A stretch of DNA of 27,281 nt from a virus (Duplodnaviria; Caudoviricetes), in the IMG/VR virus record IMGVR_UViG_3300032234_000296, positions 1-27,281 of that record; one strand, 5' to 3'. The notes under the pieces were generated by a model. It saw only the letters and a list, made by a program, of their open reading frames with translations, had not been told where the DNA came from and did no database searches. A program made the translations under genes and the position numbers. Positions within the stretch are counted from its first letter, which is position 1, and every line of letters starts with the position of its first letter. Below, piece by piece: positions 1 through 6,921 of the stretch.

Positions 1-44
1 CACCAGTTTCAGGTTCTGGCCCAACTGCCAGAAGAAAGGTATAA
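1..44 (+). CDS. 3' end of an upstream gene (partial)
   Basis: Frame from nt 3 reads PVSGSGPTARRKV*, stop 42-44, just before the next ATG. Confidence 0.5.
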   Translation, partial: PVSGSGPTARRKV

Positions 45-46
45 CT

Positions 47-223
47 ATGAAGGAAAAAATTAGAAAATTCTTCAACGATATCCTTGGGCAACTTTGGACA
101 CTCCTTGGAATGTTCGTGGCCTACGGAGTCCTTGAGGGAGATTTTAAAACAGTAGTAGGATACGCAATTCTAGGCTGCTTGGCAGTTTGGATTGTAACCT
201 ATAGCATTAGAAACAAAGACTAA
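47..223 (+). CDS. small 2-TM membrane protein (58 aa)
   Basis: Hand translation MKEKIRKFFNDILGQLWTLLGMFVAYGV...; AGAAAGG SD upstream; below ORF-track cutoff. Confidence 0.8.
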   Translation: MKEKIRKFFNDILGQLWTLLGMFVAYGVLEGDFKTVVGYAILGCLAVWIVTYSIRNKD

Positions 224-239
224 TTGAAAGGAGTCTAAA

Positions 240-509
240 ATGGAAGAAGAATATGGAGTAACTGGTGGCTGGGCTACCATTAAGAACATCATCTTTAGAA
301 TTGTAGCAGTATTTGCAGCATCTGGGCTTACCGTCCTAGGTGCAGGAGCAGTTGTGGGTGTAGACCTAATTTCTGCTGTAATGATGGCTGGAATTCTAGG
401 AGTTGCAGCGGTAGTTGAGAAGCTAGCACGTGCCTACCTAGATGATGGAAAGCTCAGTATGGACGAGATCAACCAGGCTTTTGCCACAGTTGACAAAAAG
501 TCCAAGTAA
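240..509 (+). CDS. 2-TM membrane protein, possibly holin-like
   Basis: AAGGAG SD; two hydrophobic segments; C-terminal DDGKLSMDE. Confidence 0.8.
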   Translation: MEEEYGVTGGWATIKNIIFRIVAVFAASGLTVLGAGAVVGVDLISAVMMAGILGVAAVVEKLARAYLDDGKLSMDEINQAFATVDKKSK

Positions 510-515
510 TTACCC

Positions 516-544
516 TTGACAGTCCCCTCTGGGTCGTGTATAAT
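516..544 (+). promoter_or_regulatory. consensus sigma70/SigA promoter
   Basis: TTGACA-17 bp-TATAAT. Confidence 0.85.
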
Positions 545-576
545 GATACTATACTAAATCTGGAGGGGACTTTCTT

Positions 577-1107
577 ATGACCTGTATAGCTGCCCTAAAG
601 GCTAATGGCAGGGTATATATGGCAGGGGAGCGTGGAGCTTCTACTGACGATACAATCTTACACATATCAAAGCCAAAGGTTAAGGCTATTGGTCCATACC
701 TAATTGGCTTTGCTGGAAGTATGGATGGCCAAAGGCTTCTGTATTCTTTTGATCCACCAAAACCACATCCAGACGAAGAACTTGACGTGTTTATGAACAC
801 AAAGTTTTTGCGGTATCTTAGAGAATTCTATGATGAGTGGTGGGTAGACATAGCTAAAGACTCAGAGCTATCATTACTAATAGGAATTAGAGATAAGCTG
901 TATGAGCATAACGCTTCAGACATGTCTTTAAACGAATTCTCGTCTCCATTTATATCTATTGGCAGTGGATCACCATTTGCTATGGGACACTTGTCTGCAA
1001 CTGCAATGGCAAAAGGATCTCCAGAAAACAGAGTAGAAGCTGCAGTCAAAGCCGCAATTAAATTTTCACCAACTTGCTCTGGCACAGTTGACATTTTATC
1101 TACGTAA
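577..1107 (+). CDS. Ntn-hydrolase peptidase, HslV/proteasome beta-subunit-like
   Basis: N-terminal M-T-C-I (Thr nucleophile), GFAGS and IGSGSPFA motifs. Confidence 0.8.
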   Translation: MTCIAALKANGRVYMAGERGASTDDTILHISKPKVKAIGPYLIGFAGSMDGQRLLYSFDPPKPHPDEELDVFMNTKFLRYLREFYDEWWVDIAKDSELSLLIGIRDKLYEHNASDMSLNEFSSPFISIGSGSPFAMGHLSATAMAKGSPENRVEAAVKAAIKFSPTCSGTVDILST

Positions 1108-1116
1108 AGGTATAAT
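1088..1116 (+). promoter_or_regulatory. consensus promoter for a leaderless mRNA
   Basis: TTGACA-17-TATAAT; ATG 1123 lies 6 nt after the -10. Confidence 0.8.
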
Positions 1117-1122
1117 ATAATC

Positions 1123-1380
1123 ATGGAAAAAAGTTTTGATGAATGGCTACAAGAAGGTATTTCGCATGGTTTCTGTGGCCCAGCAATTTGTTATCCTCAC
1201 GATGGCATACCGTCAACTGAGTTAGAAGATGAGCAATACGATGAGGGTGGAGATCCATGTATGCACATCTTAAGATTGTATGAAGATCTAGAAATGAAAA
1301 AAGCAGTAGAGGAAAATCATTCTCCATCTGTATGGAGAGCAAGCAACGCAGGACTTAGCCTAGAGATAAGAAAAAATTAA
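1123..1380 (+). CDS. hypothetical protein with Cys/His residues
   Basis: ORF track; promoter; C..HDG...DPC.H pattern. Confidence 0.8.
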   Translation: MEKSFDEWLQEGISHGFCGPAICYPHDGIPSTELEDEQYDEGGDPCMHILRLYEDLEMKKAVEENHSPSVWRASNAGLSLEIRKN

Positions 1381-1381
1381 A

Positions 1382-1597
1382 ATGGCAAATGTTAGAAAGA
1401 TATTGAATGGCTCCTGGACTTATGATACAAACGAGCTTGAGGTACAAGAGTTAAATGAAAGTGTGCACCTTGCCGTAATAACTAAAGTTCCAGAAAAATA
1501 TTTGCTAATTGATTTAGAAACTGGTAAAATATATCGTGGTAGCAATTCAAACAACGACTATCTCCCAGGCTATAAACTTTGGAAAGAAATAGGATAA
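1382..1597 (+). CDS. hypothetical protein
   Basis: ORF tightly packed after the previous stop. Confidence 0.75.
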   Translation: MANVRKILNGSWTYDTNELEVQELNESVHLAVITKVPEKYLLIDLETGKIYRGSNSNNDYLPGYKLWKEIG

Positions 1598-1600
1598 AAA

Positions 1601-1708
1601 ATGGCAAAAACAAAAGGCAACAGAAACGACAATCGTCCTAATGGAAAAGCTGCAAAGAAGCGTCCAAAGATTTTTGATGCAATCAAGCGTCGTTTGGTAA
1701 CTACATAG
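1601..1708 (+). CDS. small basic protein (35 aa)
   Basis: MAKTKGNRNDNRPNGKAAKKRPKIFDAIKRRLVTT*; AGGA SD. Confidence 0.6.
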   Translation: MAKTKGNRNDNRPNGKAAKKRPKIFDAIKRRLVTT

Positions 1709-1740
1709 CTATTAGGTTAACAGTGTGATATACTGTTAAT

Positions 1741-2175
1741 ATGACAAAAATATGTGTTAAATGCAATAATGAAAAAGAGCTAGAGTTTTTTGCAAAAGGT
1801 AAAGACTATAAAGATGGTCGCAGAGGAACTTGCAAACGGTGTCACACCAAATATATGGTTGAATACTATGAGAAAAACTTAGAACAAAAGAAAACTAAAA
1901 ATAAAATAAACTCTGGAAAAGACTTTAACTGGAAACGTCATCATATATCAAAAGAAAAGTTTGATGAAATGGTTGACAAGTTTGAAGGTAAGTGCTACAC
2001 TTGTAAAACAAACAAAGCTACAAACATAGATCATGAACACTCTTGTTGTCCAGGAAATAGAAGTTGTGGAAAATGTATCCGTGGAATACTTTGTAACCAA
2101 TGCAACACAGCTTTAGGTCTGGTAAAAGACTCTAAAGAAGTTTTACAGAACTTAATAAAGTATCTTGATAATTAA
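1741..2175 (+). CDS. endonuclease VII-family (His-Me finger) nuclease, probable homing endonuclease
   Basis: CxxC pairs, IDHEH...C.RGILC..CN..LG; leaderless after TATACT 1729-1734. Confidence 0.85.
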   Translation: MTKICVKCNNEKELEFFAKGKDYKDGRRGTCKRCHTKYMVEYYEKNLEQKKTKNKINSGKDFNWKRHHISKEKFDEMVDKFEGKCYTCKTNKATNIDHEHSCCPGNRSCGKCIRGILCNQCNTALGLVKDSKEVLQNLIKYLDN

Positions 2176-2179
2176 AAAT

Positions 2180-2250
2180 TGCTCTATAGTTAAAAGGCAT
2201 AACGAGCGACTGTTAATCGCTGATTCTAGGTTCGAGTCCTGGTGGAGCAG
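2180..2250 (+). tRNA. tRNA-Asn(GTT)
   Basis: Acceptor TGCTCTA/TGGAGCA, anticodon arm AGCGA-CTGTTAA-TCGCT, TTCGAGT T-loop. Confidence 0.92.
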
Positions 2251-2255
2251 CTAAT

Positions 2256-2306
2256 GGTGTGGTCCATACCACTCTCACGGGGTAGATAGAGATAAAAATG
2301 GACACT
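2256..2306 (+). ncRNA. putative pseudoknotted spacer RNA
   Basis: GTGG/CCAC stem, loop TCCAT pairs ATGGA 2298-2302, inserted TCTC/GAGA hairpin. Confidence 0.4.
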
Positions 2307-2307
2307 A

Positions 2308-2376
2308 GGATAGATAGTTTAATTGGCAAAACGGCGTTGATCAGCCAGATTGGGAGTTCGACTCTCCCTCTATCCA
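2308..2376 (+). tRNA. atypical tRNA or tRNA mimic with truncated anticodon arm (possible GAT/Ile)
   Basis: Perfect acceptor GGATAGA/TCTATCC, D arm GTTT/AAAC, T arm GGGAG-TTCGACT-CTCCC; anticodon arm only GGC-GTTGATCA-GCC. Confidence 0.7.
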
Positions 2377-2380
2377 CAAA

Positions 2381-2483
2381 CAGTAAGTCCCTTCGTAACG
2401 GACCTGGGGTTATGCAACACCCAAGGTCGCAGCCCTACGGACTTGCTGGGGCATCCATCCATTGCTGCGGCAGATGTGTGCCC
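2381..2483 (+). ncRNA. putative two-domain structured RNA
   Basis: 10-bp stem 2381-2390/2439-2448, inner hairpin, second stem 2449-2454/2478-2483, CGCAGC/GCTGCG long-range pairing. Confidence 0.55.
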
Positions 2484-2489
2484 ACCCAT

Positions 2490-2560
2490 GCGAACGTTGC
2501 ATAATGGTAGTGCCTCAGTCTTCCAAACTGACGGTGAGGGTTCAATTCCCTTCGTTCGCT
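2490..2560 (+). tRNA. tRNA-Gly(TCC)
   Basis: GCGAACG/CGTTCGC acceptor, TCAGT-CTTCCAA-ACTGA anticodon arm. Confidence 0.93.
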
Positions 2561-2562
2561 CT

Positions 2563-2734
2563 ATAGGCTAATCACCTATACGTGTATAAGTGCACGTAAA
2601 AATTCAACACTTATTGCTGTCCAGGCAGTAGTTAATCTGGCGTGTAGGTAATCTCACGATATAGGTTCGGAGTTGGTCACTCGTCTTAGGAAACGACCCA
2701 GAGGCATGGATCTGATTAATCTGATGCCTCACCA
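2563..2734 (+). ncRNA. putative RNA with three tandem H-type pseudoknots ending in a 7-bp stem plus ACCA
   Basis: Pairings read by eye; detailed in findings. Confidence 0.5.
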
Positions 2735-2793
2735 GGACTGCAGGAGTAACGAAGACGAAAGTCGCAAAGAGGGTGCAACTCCCTCTCAGTCCA
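2735..2793 (+). ncRNA. 59-nt tRNA-like element lacking anticodon and D stems
   Basis: GGACTG/CAGTCC-A acceptor-like stem, T arm GAGGG-TGCAACT-CCCTC, GAC-GAAA-GTC hairpin in the middle. Confidence 0.6.
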
Positions 2794-2797
2794 CAAA

Positions 2798-2999
2798 CAG
2801 ATTGACGACGGTTGATCTGGAGTATGGCTGAATAATTCTCAGAGTCAAATGGGGAGAATAAGGCACTGTCTGATCTTAGCGGATCATCTTAGCGGATAAA
2901 GGGCAGGTGTGCTCAAAGCGGATCTAACGAGCCGTATTGACTAGGCACTGGTGGTAAAAAGCAATCCACCTACTCACCCTTCCAGCAATGGAAGGTTTT
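2798..2999 (+). ncRNA. putative multi-branched pseudoknotted RNA
   Basis: GAGTA/TACTC closure, several inner stems, AGTCAA/TTGACT pseudoknot, terminal GCAA tetraloop hairpin. Confidence 0.6.
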
Positions 3000-3073
3000 G
3001 ACTCTGTAGCTCAGTTGGTTAGAGCGCCTCCCTGTCACGGAGGAGGTCGCCAGTTCAAGTCTGGTTAGAGTCG
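3000..3073 (+). tRNA. tRNA-Asp(GTC)
   Basis: Canonical cloverleaf, CCTCC-CTGTCAC-GGAGG. Confidence 0.95.
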
Positions 3074-3077
3074 CATT

Positions 3078-3150
3078 GCCTCTATAGCTCATCTGGTAGA
3101 GCGACGCACTTGTAATGCGTAGGTGACGGGTTCAAGTCCTGTTGGAGGCT
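3078..3150 (+). tRNA. tRNA-Thr(TGT)
   Basis: Canonical cloverleaf, ACGCA-CTTGTAA-TGCGT. Confidence 0.95.
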
Positions 3151-3168
3151 CAAAAAGATAGGAGAAGT

Positions 3169-3462
3169 ATGAAAAAAAATAAGAAACTTCCAGAATGGGT
3201 AGTTGCTTTAGAAACAATGTTCCATAAAAAATACTGGAACAGAGAGAACACAGTAGAGTTTTTTGCCTTTGTTACTAAAGGGGTTATTATCATACCAGGA
3301 TTGCTTTTTGACATTCAGTTTTGGTGGCTATATATCTTTGCACTAATATCAAGCCTTGCCTTAATCTGGTCTTCAACGGTTAAAACCATTCCTACCCTAA
3401 TTTGGTTTAATATTTTATGGTCTTTCTTAGCAATATTTGCTATAATAAAAGCATTCATTTAA
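3169..3462 (+). CDS. 3-TM membrane protein
   Basis: AGGAG SD before ATG 3169; the track start 3142 lies inside the tRNA. Confidence 0.8.
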   Translation: MKKNKKLPEWVVALETMFHKKYWNRENTVEFFAFVTKGVIIIPGLLFDIQFWWLYIFALISSLALIWSSTVKTIPTLIWFNILWSFLAIFAIIKAFI

Positions 3463-3478
3463 AAGAATAGGAACAAGT

Positions 3479-4660
3479 ATGCCTAAAAAAAGAATAGCAG
3501 TAGTTGGAAAAGGTACGGCTGGTAGTCAGGCCATAATTCATTTTGCAAGATTTTTTCCAGATGCTGATATAACTTGGTATTTCGATCCAAAAACGCCAGT
3601 ACAGTCTGTTGGTGAAGGATCAACCTTGGCTTTGCCAAATAATCTTTTTAATAATATTGGTTTTACAAATGAAGATTTAAAAAAGGTAAGTGGAACATTT
3701 AAGGGTGGCATATATAAAGAAAATTGGGGTAAAGCTGGAAACAGTTTTATGCATTCTTTTCCACCACCAAGTGTTGGCTATCATTTTAATGCTGTAGAAC
3801 TTCAAGATTATATTTATGACATTATGAAATCTCGTGTTAAAATATTTGAAGGCAACGTAAATTATAGAGATTTAACCGAAGACTTTATATTTAACGCTTC
3901 TGGTAAGAGGGATATGCCACAAGACTTTCATGAGTCTGAATATATTCCAGTAAATGCTGCATACATTACACAATGCTATTGGGAATACCCTAGGTTTGAC
4001 TATACTCTTACCATAGCTGGAAAATATGGATGGGTATTTGGAATACCGCTTCAAAATAGATGCTCAATAGGATATATTTATAATAAAAATATTAATACAG
4101 AACAAGAAGTTATGGAAGATGTAAAGTGGATTTTTGAAAAGTATAACCTAACTCCAAGCACTACTACAAATAGCCTTACTTTTAATAATTATTTTAGAAA
4201 AGAAAACTATCAACAAAAAGGTTCTTGGGTTCATAGCGGAAATGCTTCTTTTTTCTTAGAGCCACTTGAGGCAACTTCTGTGTATACTATGGACACCATA
4301 CAAAGAGCAGCTGTTGATGTTTGGAGTGGAAGGAAAAGCTCAATTTTGGCAAATCAAGAATACACCACGACTATGCGTCAAATTGAGCTAATGATTATGA
4401 TGCACTACGCATCTGGCTCAAAGTTTGATACAGAGTTTTGGTCTTTTGCTCAAGAGCGTGGAATAAAAAGATTAGAGCAAGCATCAAAAGATGAGCACCT
4501 AAAAGAAATATGCAGGTCAATTAAAAATATTAAGTCTATGAACTTTGCACCCAGAATTGAGTCAATTAGAGACTATGGGTCTTGGTGGGCTGGATCATTT
4601 TTCCAAAACATAAATGGCTTAGGTCTAAATAAAACTATGAATGACCTTTTTAAAATTTAA
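3479..4660 (+). CDS. tryptophan halogenase-like flavin-dependent enzyme (PrnA family)
   Basis: GKGTAG FAD motif, VGEGS, TFKGGI..ENW (catalytic-Lys position), WVFGIPL, FLEPLEATS. Confidence 0.85.
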   Translation: MPKKRIAVVGKGTAGSQAIIHFARFFPDADITWYFDPKTPVQSVGEGSTLALPNNLFNNIGFTNEDLKKVSGTFKGGIYKENWGKAGNSFMHSFPPPSVGYHFNAVELQDYIYDIMKSRVKIFEGNVNYRDLTEDFIFNASGKRDMPQDFHESEYIPVNAAYITQCYWEYPRFDYTLTIAGKYGWVFGIPLQNRCSIGYIYNKNINTEQEVMEDVKWIFEKYNLTPSTTTNSLTFNNYFRKENYQQKGSWVHSGNASFFLEPLEATSVYTMDTIQRAAVDVWSGRKSSILANQEYTTTMRQIELMIMMHYASGSKFDTEFWSFAQERGIKRLEQASKDEHLKEICRSIKNIKSMNFAPRIESIRDYGSWWAGSFFQNINGLGLNKTMNDLFKI

Positions 4661-4734
4661 AAATTATATATGCTATAATTTATATACCTGCCCAGGAAAT
4701 GGGAGGAAAATAACTCGCTGAAAAGGAGAAACAA

Positions 4735-5130
4735 ATGGTAACAACATTCACTACGGAGTTCTTAAAGGATCCGTTTTTTAATATGGGTTTAACTACCCTC
4801 AATGCAACAAAGCCAAGCTATCCACCATATAATGTGGTTAAAGTAAATGACGATCACCTAGTCATGGAATTTGCGGTAGCTGGATTTAAAAAGGACGAAA
4901 TCAGTATGACTACTGAAAAGAACGTCCTTACTATCAAATCAACCAAAGAAGAAACTGACGAAAAGGAATACCTCCACAAGGGTATTGCTGCTCGTAAGTT
5001 TACTCGCATGTTTACCCTACCTGAATATTTCGAGGTAGAGACAGCAAGTGTTGATAATGGTATCCTGTACATTGATCTAATTAGGAATGTCCCAGAGGAC
5101 AAGAAACCTAAGACTATCAAGATCAAGTAA
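4735..5130 (+). CDS. hsp20: Hsp20/alpha-crystallin small heat-shock protein
   Basis: YPPYN, AVAGF, YLHKGIAARKFTR, NGILYI motifs. Confidence 0.95.
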   Translation: MVTTFTTEFLKDPFFNMGLTTLNATKPSYPPYNVVKVNDDHLVMEFAVAGFKKDEISMTTEKNVLTIKSTKEETDEKEYLHKGIAARKFTRMFTLPEYFEVETASVDNGILYIDLIRNVPEDKKPKTIKIK

Positions 5131-5158
5131 ATTTCCGCTAGGACGCTACCTTGGGGAA

Positions 5159-5187
5159 ACATCCTGGGCAAGATGTCAAAAGGCCCA
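5159..5187 (+). ncRNA. compact H-type pseudoknot, copy 1 of 4
   Basis: ACATC-CTGGGCAA-GATGT-CAAAAG-GCCCA. Confidence 0.65.
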
Positions 5188-5259
5188 CCTTCCTTTTCTG
5201 GTATAATATAACTAAGTTAAGTTTATTAACTTTGTTAGACCATATCGTAAAGGAGAACT

Positions 5260-5946
5260 ATGGCGAAAGCACAATACCCGATTGACGGGAAAAAGGGCAA
5301 AGCGTGGAAGATCACGAGCCCCTTCGGATGGAGGGTGCATCCCATCGAAAAAATCAAGAAGCACCATAACGGCGATGACATTTGGGGACCAAACCCAAAG
5401 ATCTGGATCGAAGCTTGGCACGACGGAACCGTGGTATATGCAGGTCCATCAAAGTTGAAGAAACCTGATGGCTCTCTAGGTGGCATTGGTTACTACGTAG
5501 ACATTCGTTCAAAGATTAATGGCAAATGGTATGTTACTCGTTCTGGTCACATGGAAGAGGGAACTCTAAAAGTTAAGACTGGTCAGAAAGTAGAAGCAGG
5601 AACTCCACTAGGCATTATGGGAAACACTGGTGCATCTGCTGGTCGTCACCTACACTTTGAAATTGTTGAAGGAAAGAGACACCGTTGGGATCTAAATGGT
5701 AAAGGCTTTGTTAGTCCAATTAAGTTTGTTGAGACTGTTATGGAATGGGAAAAGATGAAGGCCTCTGCTGCAGAAATCACCCCAGATGATGGAGTAGTAT
5801 CTACTGCAGCACCAAGCCTTGACGTAAGTCACTTAGCAGCAAAGAAGAAGCCAGGGAAGGGAACTAAGCTAGTTAATCCAGTTCCAGGATTTGGTGCAAC
5901 ACCTAAAAAAGCTGGTGCAACACCTAAGAAAAAAGCAACAAAGTAA
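5260..5946 (+). CDS. M23 family peptidoglycan endopeptidase with Lys/Ala-rich tail
   Basis: HNGDD (HxxxD), GNTGAS.G.HLHFE (HxH). Confidence 0.92.
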   Translation: MAKAQYPIDGKKGKAWKITSPFGWRVHPIEKIKKHHNGDDIWGPNPKIWIEAWHDGTVVYAGPSKLKKPDGSLGGIGYYVDIRSKINGKWYVTRSGHMEEGTLKVKTGQKVEAGTPLGIMGNTGASAGRHLHFEIVEGKRHRWDLNGKGFVSPIKFVETVMEWEKMKASAAEITPDDGVVSTAAPSLDVSHLAAKKKPGKGTKLVNPVPGFGATPKKAGATPKKKATK

Positions 5947-5958
5947 TTTATAGCTAAG

Positions 5959-5999
5959 TGTCCTCACACAGGATTAAGTTTCTGTGTGGGGGCATTTTT
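5959..5999 (+). terminator. intrinsic terminator
   Basis: Long hairpin TGTCCTCACACAGG/TCTGTGTGGGGGCA followed by a T-run. Confidence 0.8.
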
Positions 6000-6117
6000 G
6001 TACTTAGTCTAATAAATAGGTGAAGTTTTTTTCATATATTGTGGTATAATAAAATGTACGCTGAAAAGCGTTAATGACGCACATTCCAAATAATTACGGA
6101 AAACCTAGGAGAATATT

Positions 6118-6870
6118 ATGGCGAAAGCACAACAGGCAATTGATGGGGTACAGGGCAAAGACTGGAAGATTACCAGCCTCATGGGAAACCGCATTCACCC
6201 AGTAACTAAACAACCTAAGCACCACAATGGAACAGACATTTGGTCTCCTCACGAGCCATGTTGGATTGAAGCACCCTACGATGCTGTCGTTGTCGAAGCA
6301 CGTAAATCTACAGCAGCAGGTGGTGGCTTTGGTAATTTCGTAACCCTATCTCACAAAATTAATGGTGAAGACTACGTAACTGTTTATGCACACATGCAGG
6401 ATGGCAGTCTTAAAGTAACTCCAGGACAGAAGATTACTGCTGGAACCCCATTGGGAAAGATGGGTTCAACTGGTATGTCAACTGGAAAGCACCTACATTG
6501 GGAGCTTCAGAAAGCTAAGAAATACGCTTGGAATGCTACTGGTCTAAACTTCATTGAGCCTGTCGCCTTTTTTGAAGCACTAAGCAGACTAGATGCAGTT
6601 AAAGGAACAGCTGCAAACCAAACTACTCCAGAAGCACCAGTAGCACCAGCACCAGTTCATGGTCCTGGAACAAAGCTACCAACAAGACCAATGTTGAGAA
6701 GAGGAGCTCCAGCAGGACCTCACGTTCTTTACCTTCAACAAAAGCTTGGAGTTAATCCTCCTGGACCATTTGGACCACTAACTCATGCAGCAGTTGTTGC
6801 GTTCCAGGCTTCTAGAGGACTCATTGCTGACGGCATTGTTGGACCTAGAACTTGGGCAGCATTAGGCTAA
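6118..6870 (+). CDS. M23 endopeptidase with C-terminal peptidoglycan-binding domain (endolysin)
   Basis: HNGTD, YAHM, HLHWE; FGPLT..AV..FQ...GL.ADGIVGP.TW PG_binding_1 motif. Confidence 0.93.
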   Translation: MAKAQQAIDGVQGKDWKITSLMGNRIHPVTKQPKHHNGTDIWSPHEPCWIEAPYDAVVVEARKSTAAGGGFGNFVTLSHKINGEDYVTVYAHMQDGSLKVTPGQKITAGTPLGKMGSTGMSTGKHLHWELQKAKKYAWNATGLNFIEPVAFFEALSRLDAVKGTAANQTTPEAPVAPAPVHGPGTKLPTRPMLRRGAPAGPHVLYLQQKLGVNPPGPFGPLTHAAVVAFQASRGLIADGIVGPRTWAALG

Positions 6871-6921
6871 TTAAAAACTAACAGTATTGCGTAAACCCAT
6901 AACTTTATGGTAAAATATAAC

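Noticed and set aside
1601-1708. Ribosomal protein L33 homolog
   Set aside because: Only a vague basic K.FD...RR resemblance and too short; not supportable without a profile search
2298-2571. ORFs 2298..2504 and 2350..2571
   Set aside because: They run through tRNA and structured RNA with no protein features
2580-2614. Pistol ribozyme
   Set aside because: Has a P1-plus-pseudoknot shape but lacks the P2/P3 region and cleavage-site context
2563-2999. tmRNA (one- or two-piece), suggested by tandem pseudoknots and a tRNA-like domain
   Set aside because: No G3:U70 alanine determinant, no tag ORF ending in Ala-Ala-like residues, and the acceptor-like stems close locally rather than around the pseudoknots
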